Of a stretch of 41,561 nt of DNA, positions 17,714-26,230 are shown one piece after another (the first letter of the stretch is position 1; every line of letters starts with the position of its first letter). This DNA comes from an uncultured Ignavibacteriales bacterium (GTDB lineage Bacteria > Zixibacteria > MSB-5A5 > GN15 > FEB-12), in assembly GCA_964650395.1 (NCBI GenBank), contig CAZYRH010000002.1:1-41561 (forward strand), in the 5' to 3' direction. A program made the position numbers and the translations under genes. A model generated the notes under the pieces. The model was not told where the DNA came from. It worked only from the letters and a program-made list of their open reading frames with translations, and did not search any database.

Positions 17714-18322
17714 CTATAATGGTTGGCGGTGGCCAACGAACTTGTTCAAGAAATACTTCAATATAGTTGTGTCGTCATCCAGCTCAGTGTGAAACGAACT
17801 GGCCAGGATATTGCTTTCGAAGATCAAGGCGGGACTATCACGGTAGACGGCAAGCGTATTGACTGTCTGGCCAACACGAGTGACTCTGGGTGCCCTGATA
17901 AAAGCCGCCGTAAGCGTAACGGGGCCATCGCCTAAGTCAGCCTTCAACTTCTCTTCAAAGGAAAAAACCTGGCGTCCGTAACCGTTGCGGATGACGTCGA
18001 TATCCAAAAGCCCCAGAGTTTTGACATCCGATTGATTATCCTCAATATGTTTTGCCAGCATCACCATTCCAGCACAGGTTCCCCAAATCGGTTTGGAACG
18101 CCCGAAGGCCAGCAGTGGTTCACGAAGGCCGAAGCGGTCGACCAGGGTATCCATAGTCGTAGACTCGCCGCCGGGAATAATCAGGGCATCGATCTTATCG
18201 AGGTGAGCCGGAAGCCGGACTTCGATCACCTTAGCTCCCAACAGGCCAAGCTGATAGCTGTGCCGTTGGAAATCTCCCTGAAGGGCAAGCACGCCAACCT
18301 GTAGACCTGAGTATGTCGTCAT
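17714..18322 (-). CDS. pdxT: pyridoxal 5'-phosphate synthase glutaminase subunit
   Basis: Motifs present are VGVLALQGDF, IIPGGESTTM, the catalytic Cys in GTCAGMVMLA, RNGYGRQVFSFE, FIRAP and FHTEL. The stop lies 9 nt before the lipA start. Confidence 0.9.
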   Translation of the reverse strand: MTTYSGLQVGVLALQGDFQRHSYQLGLLGAKVIEVRLPAHLDKIDALIIPGGESTTMDTLVDRFGLREPLLAFGRSKPIWGTCAGMVMLAKHIEDNQSDVKTLGLLDIDVIRNGYGRQVFSFEEKLKADLGDGPVTLTAAFIRAPRVTRVGQTVNTLAVYRDSPALIFESNILASSFHTELDDDTTILKYFLNKFVGHRQPL

Positions 18323-18494
18323 TACCTGTTAAACAACTTAAAAGTCCGTTTGTGTTAAGATAAGTGGTAGGAGTGGTAATGGTCAAGCCTGCTGCCGGTG
18401 AGTGGATGTTTCGGCCCTCGTACGACAGTTGATGTGTATAGTGTGATGTCCCAGAAATACATGCTAATAAAAAAAGCAGCAAATTAAATCGTGG

Positions 18495-18535
18495 CATGGG
18501 CATCTTGCCCATGATTCACGGGCATGATGCCCGTG
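18495..18535. repeat. two adjacent related perfect palindromes
   Basis: The palindromes are CATGGGCA-TCT-TGCCCATG (18495-18513) and CACGGGCAT-G-ATGCCCGTG (18517-18535). Their centres are 22 bp apart. They lie in the etfA-pdxT intergenic region. Confidence 0.7.
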
Positions 18536-18640
18536 CTACTGCAAAAGAATATGTGAACATATATTTGGGACGCAACAATAGCTCAGAACTTAAAATAAAT
18601 TTCCCGATAGTAGCGTCAGTTAGTACTTGTTATGGCACAA

Positions 18641-18683
18641 CCTCCGGAGAGACCTGCCTTACGACTTATACTATCACAATTAA
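18641..18683. repeat. copy D (right-arm half) of the dispersed palindromic family
   Basis: The sequence CCTCCGGAGAGACCTGCCTTAC...ATCACAATTAA shares the GAGAGACCTGCC(C/T)TAC core and the terminal motif, which is the reverse complement of TTAATTGTGAT. A degenerate left end (TAGTGTGATG) is possible at 18439-18448. Confidence 0.5.
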
Positions 18684-18706
18684 AAATGATATAAGTGTGG
18701 TTCTGT

Positions 18707-19669
18707 CTATCCCCTCAACTCTAGTTTGAATTTCTTGGTTAGCGCCGGTACTACTTCAAAAGCGTCTCCAACGATTCCGTAGTTGGCAACACTAAAGATG
18801 GGGGCATCTTTATCTTTGTTAACAGCAACAATCGTTCCCGAAGTTCGCATCCCTACCAGGTGCTGGATAGCACCGGAAATACCCACTGCCACATACATTT
18901 TTGGGTTAACCGTTTTTCCAGTCTGCCCGACCTGATGCGAGTACGGAATCCAACCGGCATCGACAATAGCTCGCGAGGCGCCAAAAGCGGCCCCGAGCGT
19001 ATCCGCCAATTCCTTGACTATCGGCAAATGCTCCGGGCTCTTCATTCCCCGTCCTGCGGAGACTATAATATCAGCCTCGGTCAGATTCACTGAACCGGCC
19101 GATTCCACTTTCATTTCCTTTACCGTGGTTTTTGACTCTGTCGTGGCAGCATCAATCGATTCGGAAACAACTTCCCCTGAGCCGCTTTTGGATTCAGGAT
19201 ATATCTTCGGTCGCAGTGTCACAAAGAATGGTTTTTCTGAATTGTTGACAAGCTTCGAAACTACCGAACCGCCGTAATGAGGTCGTGTGACTACAAGGCT
19301 GCCGTCTTCTACAGAGAGATTTGTGACGTCAGAGGCCATTGGCCCGCCATTTTTAGCAGCGAGACGAGCCAACAGCGCTTTGCCATAAAAAGTTGCCGGC
19401 CCCAGTATCAGATCGGGAGAATACTTACTGATCAGTTCTGACAGCACGTTGGCATACAATTCATCATTGTAATAGCGAAGATTGGGATGTGAAACCGCCA
19501 GCACTTTTCCACCGCCCCGTGAGGCTAGTTCCGAGGCCAGTGGTTCGGCCTGTTCAGCCATGATAACAGTGTAGAGTTCTCCCTCGATGGTCTTGGCTGC
19601 TTCGAGCAACTCAAACGAGGCCGAAACAAGTTTACCGTCTTTTTGCAAAGAAACCACGAGTACTTTCAT
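18707..19669 (-). CDS. etfA: electron transfer flavoprotein subunit alpha
   Basis: The C-terminal FAD-binding signature is [15 protein letters not shown]...[45 protein letters not shown]. The length is 320 aa. Confidence 0.9.
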   Translation of the reverse strand: MKVLVVSLQKDGKLVSASFELLEAAKTIEGELYTVIMAEQAEPLASELASRGGGKVLAVSHPNLRYYNDELYANVLSELISKYSPDLILGPATFYGKALLARLAAKNGGPMASDVTNLSVEDGSLVVTRPHYGGSVVSKLVNNSEKPFFVTLRPKIYPESKSGSGEVVSESIDAATTESKTTVKEMKVESAGSVNLTEADIIVSAGRGMKSPEHLPIVKELADTLGAAFGASRAIVDAGWIPYSHQVGQTGKTVNPKMYVAVGISGAIQHLVGMRTSGTIVAVNKDKDAPIFSVANYGIVGDAFEVVPALTKKFKLELRG

Positions 19670-19787
19670 ACATGCACCTCTATCATTAACATAGGTTCAG
19701 GCAAGAATATAAGGAGAGGCATTGGATCGGGCAACCTTTTTAGACCAATGCTCAACCGATGAGAAGGATTGTCAGATGTGAAAGGCG

Positions 19788-20765
19788 TCAGGGTGACAAA
19801 GCCATTTTAAGGTAGTTGTCAAAGACAATGTCAATCTCGTTCATCGTATTGACCTGGAAAAGCTGTTGCCGCAACTCAGAAGCTCCAGGAAAGCCTTTGA
19901 CATACCAGCCAAGGTAGCGGCGCATAATCATAGCGCCTTTTGCCTCGCCAAACTGTGCAGCCATGAGCCGGGCATGCACACGGGCCATTTCAATTTTCTG
20001 ATGCATTGTCGGCTCTCCCAGGTCTTCTCCTGTAACCAGGTAATGATTCACCCGCATGAAGACAAATGGGTTTCCCAACGCCGCCCGCCCAATCATCACG
20101 CCGTCACAGCCGGTTTCATCCAGCATTCGTTTGGCGTCGGACGGTTTTTTGATATCGCCATTGCCGATTACAGGGATGTTTACGCTCTCTTTCAATTTCT
20201 TGATAGCTATCCAGTCAGCCTGACCGGAAAAGCCTTTACTCCGACTGCGGGCATGAAGTGTCACAGCCTTAGCCCCGGCCCGCTCGGCAATCTGCCCGAC
20301 CTTGTCATACACAGGGTTACCATTATCCCAGCCGGTACGTATCTTAATCGTCACCGGCGTGTTCCCCGCTCCCTTAACAGTCGCCCTTATTATATCCTCG
20401 GTAAGGGCAAGGTCTTTCAAGATTGCCGCTCCGCCGTTGTGTTTAACAACTTTCTTGATGGGACAACCAAAATTAATATCAATCAGGTCAGGATTATTCC
20501 GCTGGACAGCGATCTGGGCAGCCTGTCTCATTACTTCAGGGTTAGCGCCAAACAGTTGTATCCCTATCGGGCGCTCATCCGGCTTGAATTCCATCAAAGC
20601 TAAGCTCTTGGCCTGATGGCGGATAATTCCCTCAGAAGAGATCATCTCGGTGTAAGTCATTGCGGCACCGGCTTTAGCAGCCAGCACCCGGAAGGGGCGG
20701 CTGGACACTCCAGCTAAAGGGGCCGATAGAACCAGACCAATCAGGTTTAAGTTTCCTATTCTCAT
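19788..20765 (-). CDS. dusB: tRNA-dihydrouridine synthase (Dus family, DusB-like)
   Basis: Motifs present are LAPLAGVSSRPFRVL, DINFGCPIKKVVKHNGGAAILKD, VTIKIRTGWD, LHARSRSKGFSGQADW and NGDI. Confidence 0.88.
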   Translation of the reverse strand: MRIGNLNLIGLVLSAPLAGVSSRPFRVLAAKAGAAMTYTEMISSEGIIRHQAKSLALMEFKPDERPIGIQLFGANPEVMRQAAQIAVQRNNPDLIDINFGCPIKKVVKHNGGAAILKDLALTEDIIRATVKGAGNTPVTIKIRTGWDNGNPVYDKVGQIAERAGAKAVTLHARSRSKGFSGQADWIAIKKLKESVNIPVIGNGDIKKPSDAKRMLDETGCDGVMIGRAALGNPFVFMRVNHYLVTGEDLGEPTMHQKIEMARVHARLMAAQFGEAKGAMIMRRYLGWYVKGFPGASELRQQLFQVNTMNEIDIVFDNYLKMALSP

Positions 20766-20904
20766 ACCGATAATATAACTGACTTATTAGGTGACACCAA
20801 AAGCTTAGATAGTAATATACAGGTTCGGGCAAGATTCTGGCTTGTTTGGCGATAAATGAAACACTTTTCTTAACAATATCGAAAAATACTGAAAGGAATA
20901 AACC

Positions 20905-21600
20905 ATGCCGGAAATCATTGTCAAATACGAGGATAAGGTAATTGAGCGTGTTGTCACGGAGAAAAAGCGCATATCAATAGGCCGCACTAATGACAATGAC
21001 ATTGTGCTGGAGAATCGGGGGGTCTCGCGCAAACATGCTCTGATTGAGTTTAACAACAACGCAGCTGTGGTTATGGACAATGAATCTCTCAATGGCACGT
21101 TTGTTAACAACCGCAAGATTACTGAAGAGGTCCTGCGAAACGAAGATATCATCACCATCGGGAAATACTCTCTTGTCTACCATAGTGAAGCTTCTCGTGA
21201 AGACTATGGCGCAGCGAATTTCGATGGCACGATGGTGTTGAAGACCAAGCGACAAAAACAGCTACTGGAAAACACCAAAATGGAACGGGAAATAGTTGAC
21301 AGGTATGGCAGCTCAGTGCTGCTGGGTGAGGAAAACACTGAGTTTTCAGAGTACCGAATAGACCGCGAAGTGACCACTATCGGCAAGGCAAAATTCGTGC
21401 ATGTGCGCGCGAAAGGTTTCTTGCTGTCCGGAATCCAGGCTAAACTCGTCAAAGAGGACAGCCAGTATTCTCTCGTCAATCTCGGCAGGAAAGGCAAAAC
21501 CAGAGTCAACGGCGAGGAAATCGACCAATGCCCGCTGAAGAATGGTGATCTCATTACTGTTGGGAAAAGCACTTTCAAATTCGTTGAGGGAAAACACTAA
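20905..21600 (+). CDS. double FHA-domain protein
   Basis: FHA domain 1 is canonical (ISIGRTNDNDIVLENRGVSRKHALIEF...LNGTFVNNRKI...ITIGKYSLVY). FHA domain 2 is degenerate (TTIGKAKFVHVRAKGFLLSGIQAKLV...GKTRVNGEEI...ITVGKSTFKF). Confidence 0.9.
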   Translation: MPEIIVKYEDKVIERVVTEKKRISIGRTNDNDIVLENRGVSRKHALIEFNNNAAVVMDNESLNGTFVNNRKITEEVLRNEDIITIGKYSLVYHSEASREDYGAANFDGTMVLKTKRQKQLLENTKMEREIVDRYGSSVLLGEENTEFSEYRIDREVTTIGKAKFVHVRAKGFLLSGIQAKLVKEDSQYSLVNLGRKGKTRVNGEEIDQCPLKNGDLITVGKSTFKFVEGKH

Positions 21601-22329
21601 ATGCTCCTTGCCCTGATTTCGGACGTTCATGGGAATCTGGAGGCCTTGAGCGCTGTTCTCGAGGATATTAATAAACAGCCTGTGGGCAGAATCCACTGCT
21701 TAGGAGACGTAGTCGGATACGGTAGCGAACCAAGCCACTGCCTGGATTTGGTAACTAAAAACTGCGACATCAAACTGATGGGTAATCACGAGTACGCCGT
21801 GTTAGGATTAGAAATGATCGACAGTTACACCTATGCCGCCCAAACCTCTGCTGAATGGACCCGCAGACAATTAACCGATTACGATTTCTCTCTCATTGCT
21901 GATTTTGAAATGGAGCGGACCGTTGATGATATCTACTTTGTACATGCCTCCCCTTTTGAGCCTGACCAGTGGCACTACATATTGAGCTCGGAGGAAGCGG
22001 CGATAGCGTTTGAGCATCTGAAAGCAAGCATCTGCTTTCATGGTCACACTCATATTCCGCTTATCTTTTCCGAGGTCTCAGGCAGCCAGCCACGTAAGAG
22101 AATAGGGCATAGTTTCATTCCCGACAGAGACAACCGGTACCTTGTAAACATCGGGTCGGTCGGCCAACCTCGTGATAATGATCCCCGGGCGTGCTATGTA
22201 ACATTCGATACTGATGAACGAGAGATCACATTCCACCGAGTGGAATACGACATCAAGACAACCCAGAAAAAGATGGCCCAGGCTCAACTGCCGGAAATGT
22301 TGATCGACCGGTTAGCTGTAGGGCGATAA
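21601..22329 (+). CDS. calcineurin-like metallophosphoesterase (Metallophos_2; candidate protein phosphatase)
   Basis: The ATG directly abuts the FHA gene stop. Metal-binding motifs are present: LISDVHGNLEAL, LGDVVGYG, GNHE, HGHTH and GSVGQPRDNDPRACYVTF. Confidence 0.85.
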   Translation: MLLALISDVHGNLEALSAVLEDINKQPVGRIHCLGDVVGYGSEPSHCLDLVTKNCDIKLMGNHEYAVLGLEMIDSYTYAAQTSAEWTRRQLTDYDFSLIADFEMERTVDDIYFVHASPFEPDQWHYILSSEEAAIAFEHLKASICFHGHTHIPLIFSEVSGSQPRKRIGHSFIPDRDNRYLVNIGSVGQPRDNDPRACYVTFDTDEREITFHRVEYDIKTTQKKMAQAQLPEMLIDRLAVGR

Positions 22330-22341
22330 TGCGAGGCGAGG

Positions 22342-24807
22342 ATGAGTAAGTATTCATCATACATTCTGTACCTTCTTATATCTGTTTTGGTTGCAATCCT
22401 CTATCTTAACCGCTGTGGCCCTATCGATAGCCTGCAACAGTCTCTGAACGACTTCCTATGTCGCGCCACAGCTCTCGAGAGCATTCGTCCCAATGTAGTA
22501 CTGGTGGCGGTAGACGGACGAGCGCAGGATGAATACGGGAGCTGGCCATGGAACCGAGACCGCATTGCCGACCTCGTGGCTGCTGTCGCCGGTGCGGAGC
22601 CGAAAGCCATGGCGGTGGATTTTGAGCTCGGTGAAGATGTAACCCAAGATTCAGCGGGATACACCTCAATACTGGCGGGACAATTGAACTGGATTAACAA
22701 CATCGTCATCCCCTACGACATTGCCCTGGCCCCCTTCCGCGGCGGCAAAACCGGCAATCCTGAATACTTATTCAAATACTCCATTTCAGTGGATAATCCT
22801 CTGGGCCTGATGAACGAGAAGTCCAGCCTGCAGGTGAGGAAAGTCTTTTTACCGGCAGAGAAACTGCTCGAAAGCAAACCTTACCTTGGATTTGATTATA
22901 CCTTACCCGACCAAGATCGTATCCTGCGACATCAACCACTGGTCATGAACTATGAAGGCTACTATTACCCCTCGCTTTCGCTGATGGCGGCGGCTATGTA
23001 TCTCGATGTCACCCCTAACCAGATAAAGGTAGTAGAGGATAAAGAAATCCTGTTAGGCAACAAGAGAAAAATCCCCATAAACGATGGAAGCAAGTACTTC
23101 ATGTCGTTTTCCAGAGGACGTGCTTTCACTACTTACTCTGCAGCTGACGTTCTCGGCGAAAACTTCGACTACACTCGTTTGAAAAACAGGCTCGTCCTGG
23201 TTGGGGTGGATGATTTTATCCATCAAGAAACTTTTCAAACACCGGTGGAGAGTCAAACGCCAAAGTTGATCGTCAAGGCCACTGTGATTGAAAATATCAT
23301 CAATGATAATGTTCTTTTTCTCAAAAACGACCAGTCAGCTCTCAGCCTGCTGTTTATATTTTTGATCGGCGGGATGTTTGCCTTTGTATTGCCACAGGTC
23401 TCAGTTCTGTACCGTATGATTATTATTGTTGTCGGTTTTATCATTCTCGCAAATGTAAATTATTTCCTTTTCAGCTCCTTCCGGATTATTCCCGAAACTG
23501 TTTACATCGCTTTCGAGTTGGGGCTGTTGATGGTAGCCTCTCCTTTCCTTGATTCCAAACTACTGGCGGGTGAGGTTAAAGCGAAGCAAAAAACTGACAA
23601 GAAACTCCCCAAGGTCGATATTAAACCCCACCCAGTAGTGCCCAAGGAAGATGCCGTTGTTGTTAGAAAAATCAAAGCCTCTGCATCTGATCCGGAAAAT
23701 CAGGAAACAGTAGCTCTGGACGACAGCGGATCATACCTTGAAGACCACCAAGCGATCAGTCTTGATGAAGACAAGACCGTTTCCACAGACACTGCCGACG
23801 CTAGCGCTGTAGAAGAAGAAAAGACCTCGGTCATAGAGGCACGGCAGTCTTCGCCTCAGCCTGAAATCATAACGCCCGACAGCTCCAGCCCAACGCAGGC
23901 GACAGATTCAGGGGGCACTCAAACTACTGCCGACAGCCAGCCGGTGGCTAATAAGTCCCAGCCAGGGGGAGAGACAAAAAACCTGGGAAGATACCAAGTT
24001 ACCGGCACCCTTGGCAAAGGGGCTATGGGGCTAGTGTACAAAGGCATTGATCCGGCTATCAACCGACCGGTGGCCTTAAAGACGATTCGCCTCGATTTTG
24101 TCAACGATCCTCAGGAGGAAGCTGAGCTGAAAGAACGTCTCCACCGTGAGGCGCAGGCGGCGGGCAAGTTGTCGCATCCCAATATCGTTACAATTTACGA
24201 CGTGGGGTCAGAAGGTCATCTACAATACATTGCCATGGAATACCTTGAAGGGCAGACGCTTGAAGATTTAATCAAGAAAAAAGCAAAGTTTAATTACAGG
24301 ATAATTGCTCAGATCATTATTCAAATCTGCGCCGCCCTCGAATATGCTCACGGTATGGGGATCGTACACCGGGATATCAAACCGGCGAACATAATGATCT
24401 TAAAGGATTATCGAGTAAAGGTGATGGATTACGGTATCGCCCGTATTGATTCCAGCTCAATGACCAAGACCGGCATCGCCATGGGGACTCCTAACTACAT
24501 TTCCCCGGAACAGCTCCAGGGCCAAACCACCGATCATCGGGCCGATCTGTTCTCAATGGGCGTAGTCATGTATGAGATGCTATTGGGACGGCGCCCCTTC
24601 AAAGGAGAAAACATCACCTCTCTTATCTATGCCATACTAAATCACGAACCCGAAAAGCCATCCAACGTGAATCCGCAGATTCCCCTTCTTTTCGATCGTA
24701 TTGTCGACAAAGCTCTCAAGAAGGACCGCAACGAACGCTACCAGGACGCTAAAGAGATAGCCACCGCCCTGGCTGATTTCGTTGAAACGATGGCAGCCAA
24801 GACATAA
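22342..24807 (+). CDS. CHASE2-domain transmembrane Hanks-type Ser/Thr protein kinase
   Basis: An N-terminal TM helix is followed by the CHASE2 signature (VVLVAVDGRAQDEYGSWPWNRDRIADLVAAV...AMAVDFEL). Three TM helices follow, then an acidic S/T/P-rich linker of about 140 aa. The kinase motifs are GKGAMGLVYKG, VALK, HRDIKPANIM, DYGIAR and GTPNYISPEQ. Confidence 0.92.
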   Translation: MSKYSSYILYLLISVLVAILYLNRCGPIDSLQQSLNDFLCRATALESIRPNVVLVAVDGRAQDEYGSWPWNRDRIADLVAAVAGAEPKAMAVDFELGEDVTQDSAGYTSILAGQLNWINNIVIPYDIALAPFRGGKTGNPEYLFKYSISVDNPLGLMNEKSSLQVRKVFLPAEKLLESKPYLGFDYTLPDQDRILRHQPLVMNYEGYYYPSLSLMAAAMYLDVTPNQIKVVEDKEILLGNKRKIPINDGSKYFMSFSRGRAFTTYSAADVLGENFDYTRLKNRLVLVGVDDFIHQETFQTPVESQTPKLIVKATVIENIINDNVLFLKNDQSALSLLFIFLIGGMFAFVLPQVSVLYRMIIIVVGFIILANVNYFLFSSFRIIPETVYIAFELGLLMVASPFLDSKLLAGEVKAKQKTDKKLPKVDIKPHPVVPKEDAVVVRKIKASASDPENQETVALDDSGSYLEDHQAISLDEDKTVSTDTADASAVEEEKTSVIEARQSSPQPEIITPDSSSPTQATDSGGTQTTADSQPVANKSQPGGETKNLGRYQVTGTLGKGAMGLVYKGIDPAINRPVALKTIRLDFVNDPQEEAELKERLHREAQAAGKLSHPNIVTIYDVGSEGHLQYIAMEYLEGQTLEDLIKKKAKFNYRIIAQIIIQICAALEYAHGMGIVHRDIKPANIMILKDYRVKVMDYGIARIDSSSMTKTGIAMGTPNYISPEQLQGQTTDHRADLFSMGVVMYEMLLGRRPFKGENITSLIYAILNHEPEKPSNVNPQIPLLFDRIVDKALKKDRNERYQDAKEIATALADFVETMAAKT

Positions 24808-24968
24808 TGCGTGCGCTTCCCCCCAACGGGCATGAGGGTGCCATACAACGGGCAAAGAGTCTACTATGTCTAGCAAAGGTTCCAGAGGCATTGTGCTTCC
24901 CTCTGTGTCACGGTGTAGCTACGAGTTCAGGACGTGATAGAGAGTGAGAGTTCCCCTTGTGAACGCAT

Positions 24969-24984
24969 TGCCAACCCCGTGCCA
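24969..24984 (-). promoter_or_regulatory. sigma-54-type -24/-12 promoter-like element (orphan)
   Basis: The minus strand reads TGGCACGGGGTTGGCA. The -24 box TGGCACG is perfect and the GG-N10-GC spacing is correct. The -12 box is TGGCA rather than TTGCA. The element points toward lower coordinates, into the gap downstream of the kinase gene. Confidence 0.3.
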
Positions 24985-25027
24985 TACCTGAAGTTGGTAT
25001 AAGTAAGCTTCTGCTAATCCGTATTCT

Positions 25028-25627
25028 TTAGTATGGGCGAAAACCTGTCTGACCGGTTTTTGCAAGGAACTGAAGAAACTCTCTCCCTAACTCTGTGATT
25101 TGACAAACTGTGCCCTCTTTGATGACTAAGCCATTTCGGTGCAAAAAATCGAGATAGTTTTGAAACGTAACGTATAGTCTTCGTACACCTGTGGATACTC
25201 CTTAGCAGCTACTTCATATGTATGGTTTGAGCGACTCTTCCGAGACTGGTGTTGTTTTTGAATTCAAATTCCGAAGAAGACTCACTTGGCTCCCCCAAAT
25301 CCAAGAATTGACTTTCTCGAAATGTAAATATAACTGGGTCCAGGTCAGATGCCTGACAAGAACCTTAACAGTTTCGCTTTTATCTTTTAATCCTCTATTC
25401 TCTAATTCTCCAAGAATGGCTTCCTCTTTTTCCTGTAGTACAGGGCTATCGAAGGCACGCATCAGCTTCTCTGCGCCTGCTTCTGGTGTGCTCGGAATTG
25501 TATCTTTTTGTGAATGCTGTGAACCAGTTTTGATACCTTCCCGGCTCACTTCTTTAATGCGGTCAATCAAATCAGCTAACGGCCTACGGAAAATGATCAT
25601 GAAAACTATGACCAAAATGACAACCAC
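25028..25627 (-). pseudogene. disrupted gene of unknown function (TM anchor plus a C-terminal helix-rich, possibly winged-helix-like end)
   Basis: A 137-aa ORF with a GTG start at 25627 stops at TGA 25214-25216. A second in-frame TAA lies at 25202-25204. The same frame then stays open for 57 more codons (NYLDFLHRNGLVIKEGTVCQITELGREFLQFLAKTGQTGFRPY) to the TAA at 25028-25030. A +1 frame across the stops reads YEVAAKEYPQVYEDYTLRFK. The region is visibly AT-rich. Confidence 0.45.
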
Positions 25628-26230
25628 AGTAGGCTATACAAAGATTTCCACGGATAATTCTTACCTTCTCCACTCCGATTACGTTTATGGCAAACATTGA
25701 TAGTTTAGAATATTAAGGTACACAATGTGCCATCAAGCGTTTTTCTATGGGAAATTCCTTCAAAAAGTACTTCCCTTAAGCTTGGGAAAGACTTATTTAT
25801 AGAATTAAGAAGATTGCCAAAAATATGGTGGGTGGTGAGCCTGGGTCCAAGTATCGAGTTGAGGTAATAAGCTCGAGGTGTCAGGACAAGCCTAAGGGCG
25901 AATAATCCAGTTATCTGGAGCACCAACCTCAGTAGGAGACCGCCCACCGTTTCTATTTTGCAACCGTTGAACACTCTACCTACAGCAATTGCATGATACG
26001 AATAATGCAGGCGTTGGATAGGATCATCTGTAACCACACTCATCGGAAATTACATCACAATCGCCCCGGAAACGACATCGTGAACGATGCCGGGGTAAGT
26101 CATGACCTATGAACCAATTGCTGGGATTGCCAAGTGATATACTTGAGCGGGGTCGGGCGGGTTGGAAGATAGTGATTTGCGAGGGGGCTATCAGTTGCCG
26201 GCGCAAAATATGCGAAAGCTAAGATATTAC

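Noticed and set aside
18491-18507. TGGCATGGGCATCTTGC as a sigma-54 promoter
   Set aside because: The GG to GC spacing is 12 nt instead of 10. The orientation points into the 3' end of etfA. The match is a by-product of the palindrome.
19866-20603. 245-aa plus-strand ORF
   Set aside because: It is antisense shadow of dusB. The minus frame carries the Dus family motifs, and the plus product is Arg/Ser/Pro-rich with no domain signature.
24637-24891. 84-aa minus-strand ORF downstream of the sigma-54-like element
   Set aside because: Two thirds of it overlap the kinase gene antisense, and the product has no motif. I kept it only as context for the orphan-promoter finding, not as a CDS.
25705-26206. 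Minus-strand ORFs of 112 aa (25705-26043) and 60 aa (26024-26206)
   Set aside because: They have no RBS. The products are hydrophobic or Arg-rich with no motif. They lie in the AT-rich decayed region, and plus-strand frames are full of stops as well. I treat the stretch as non-coding.
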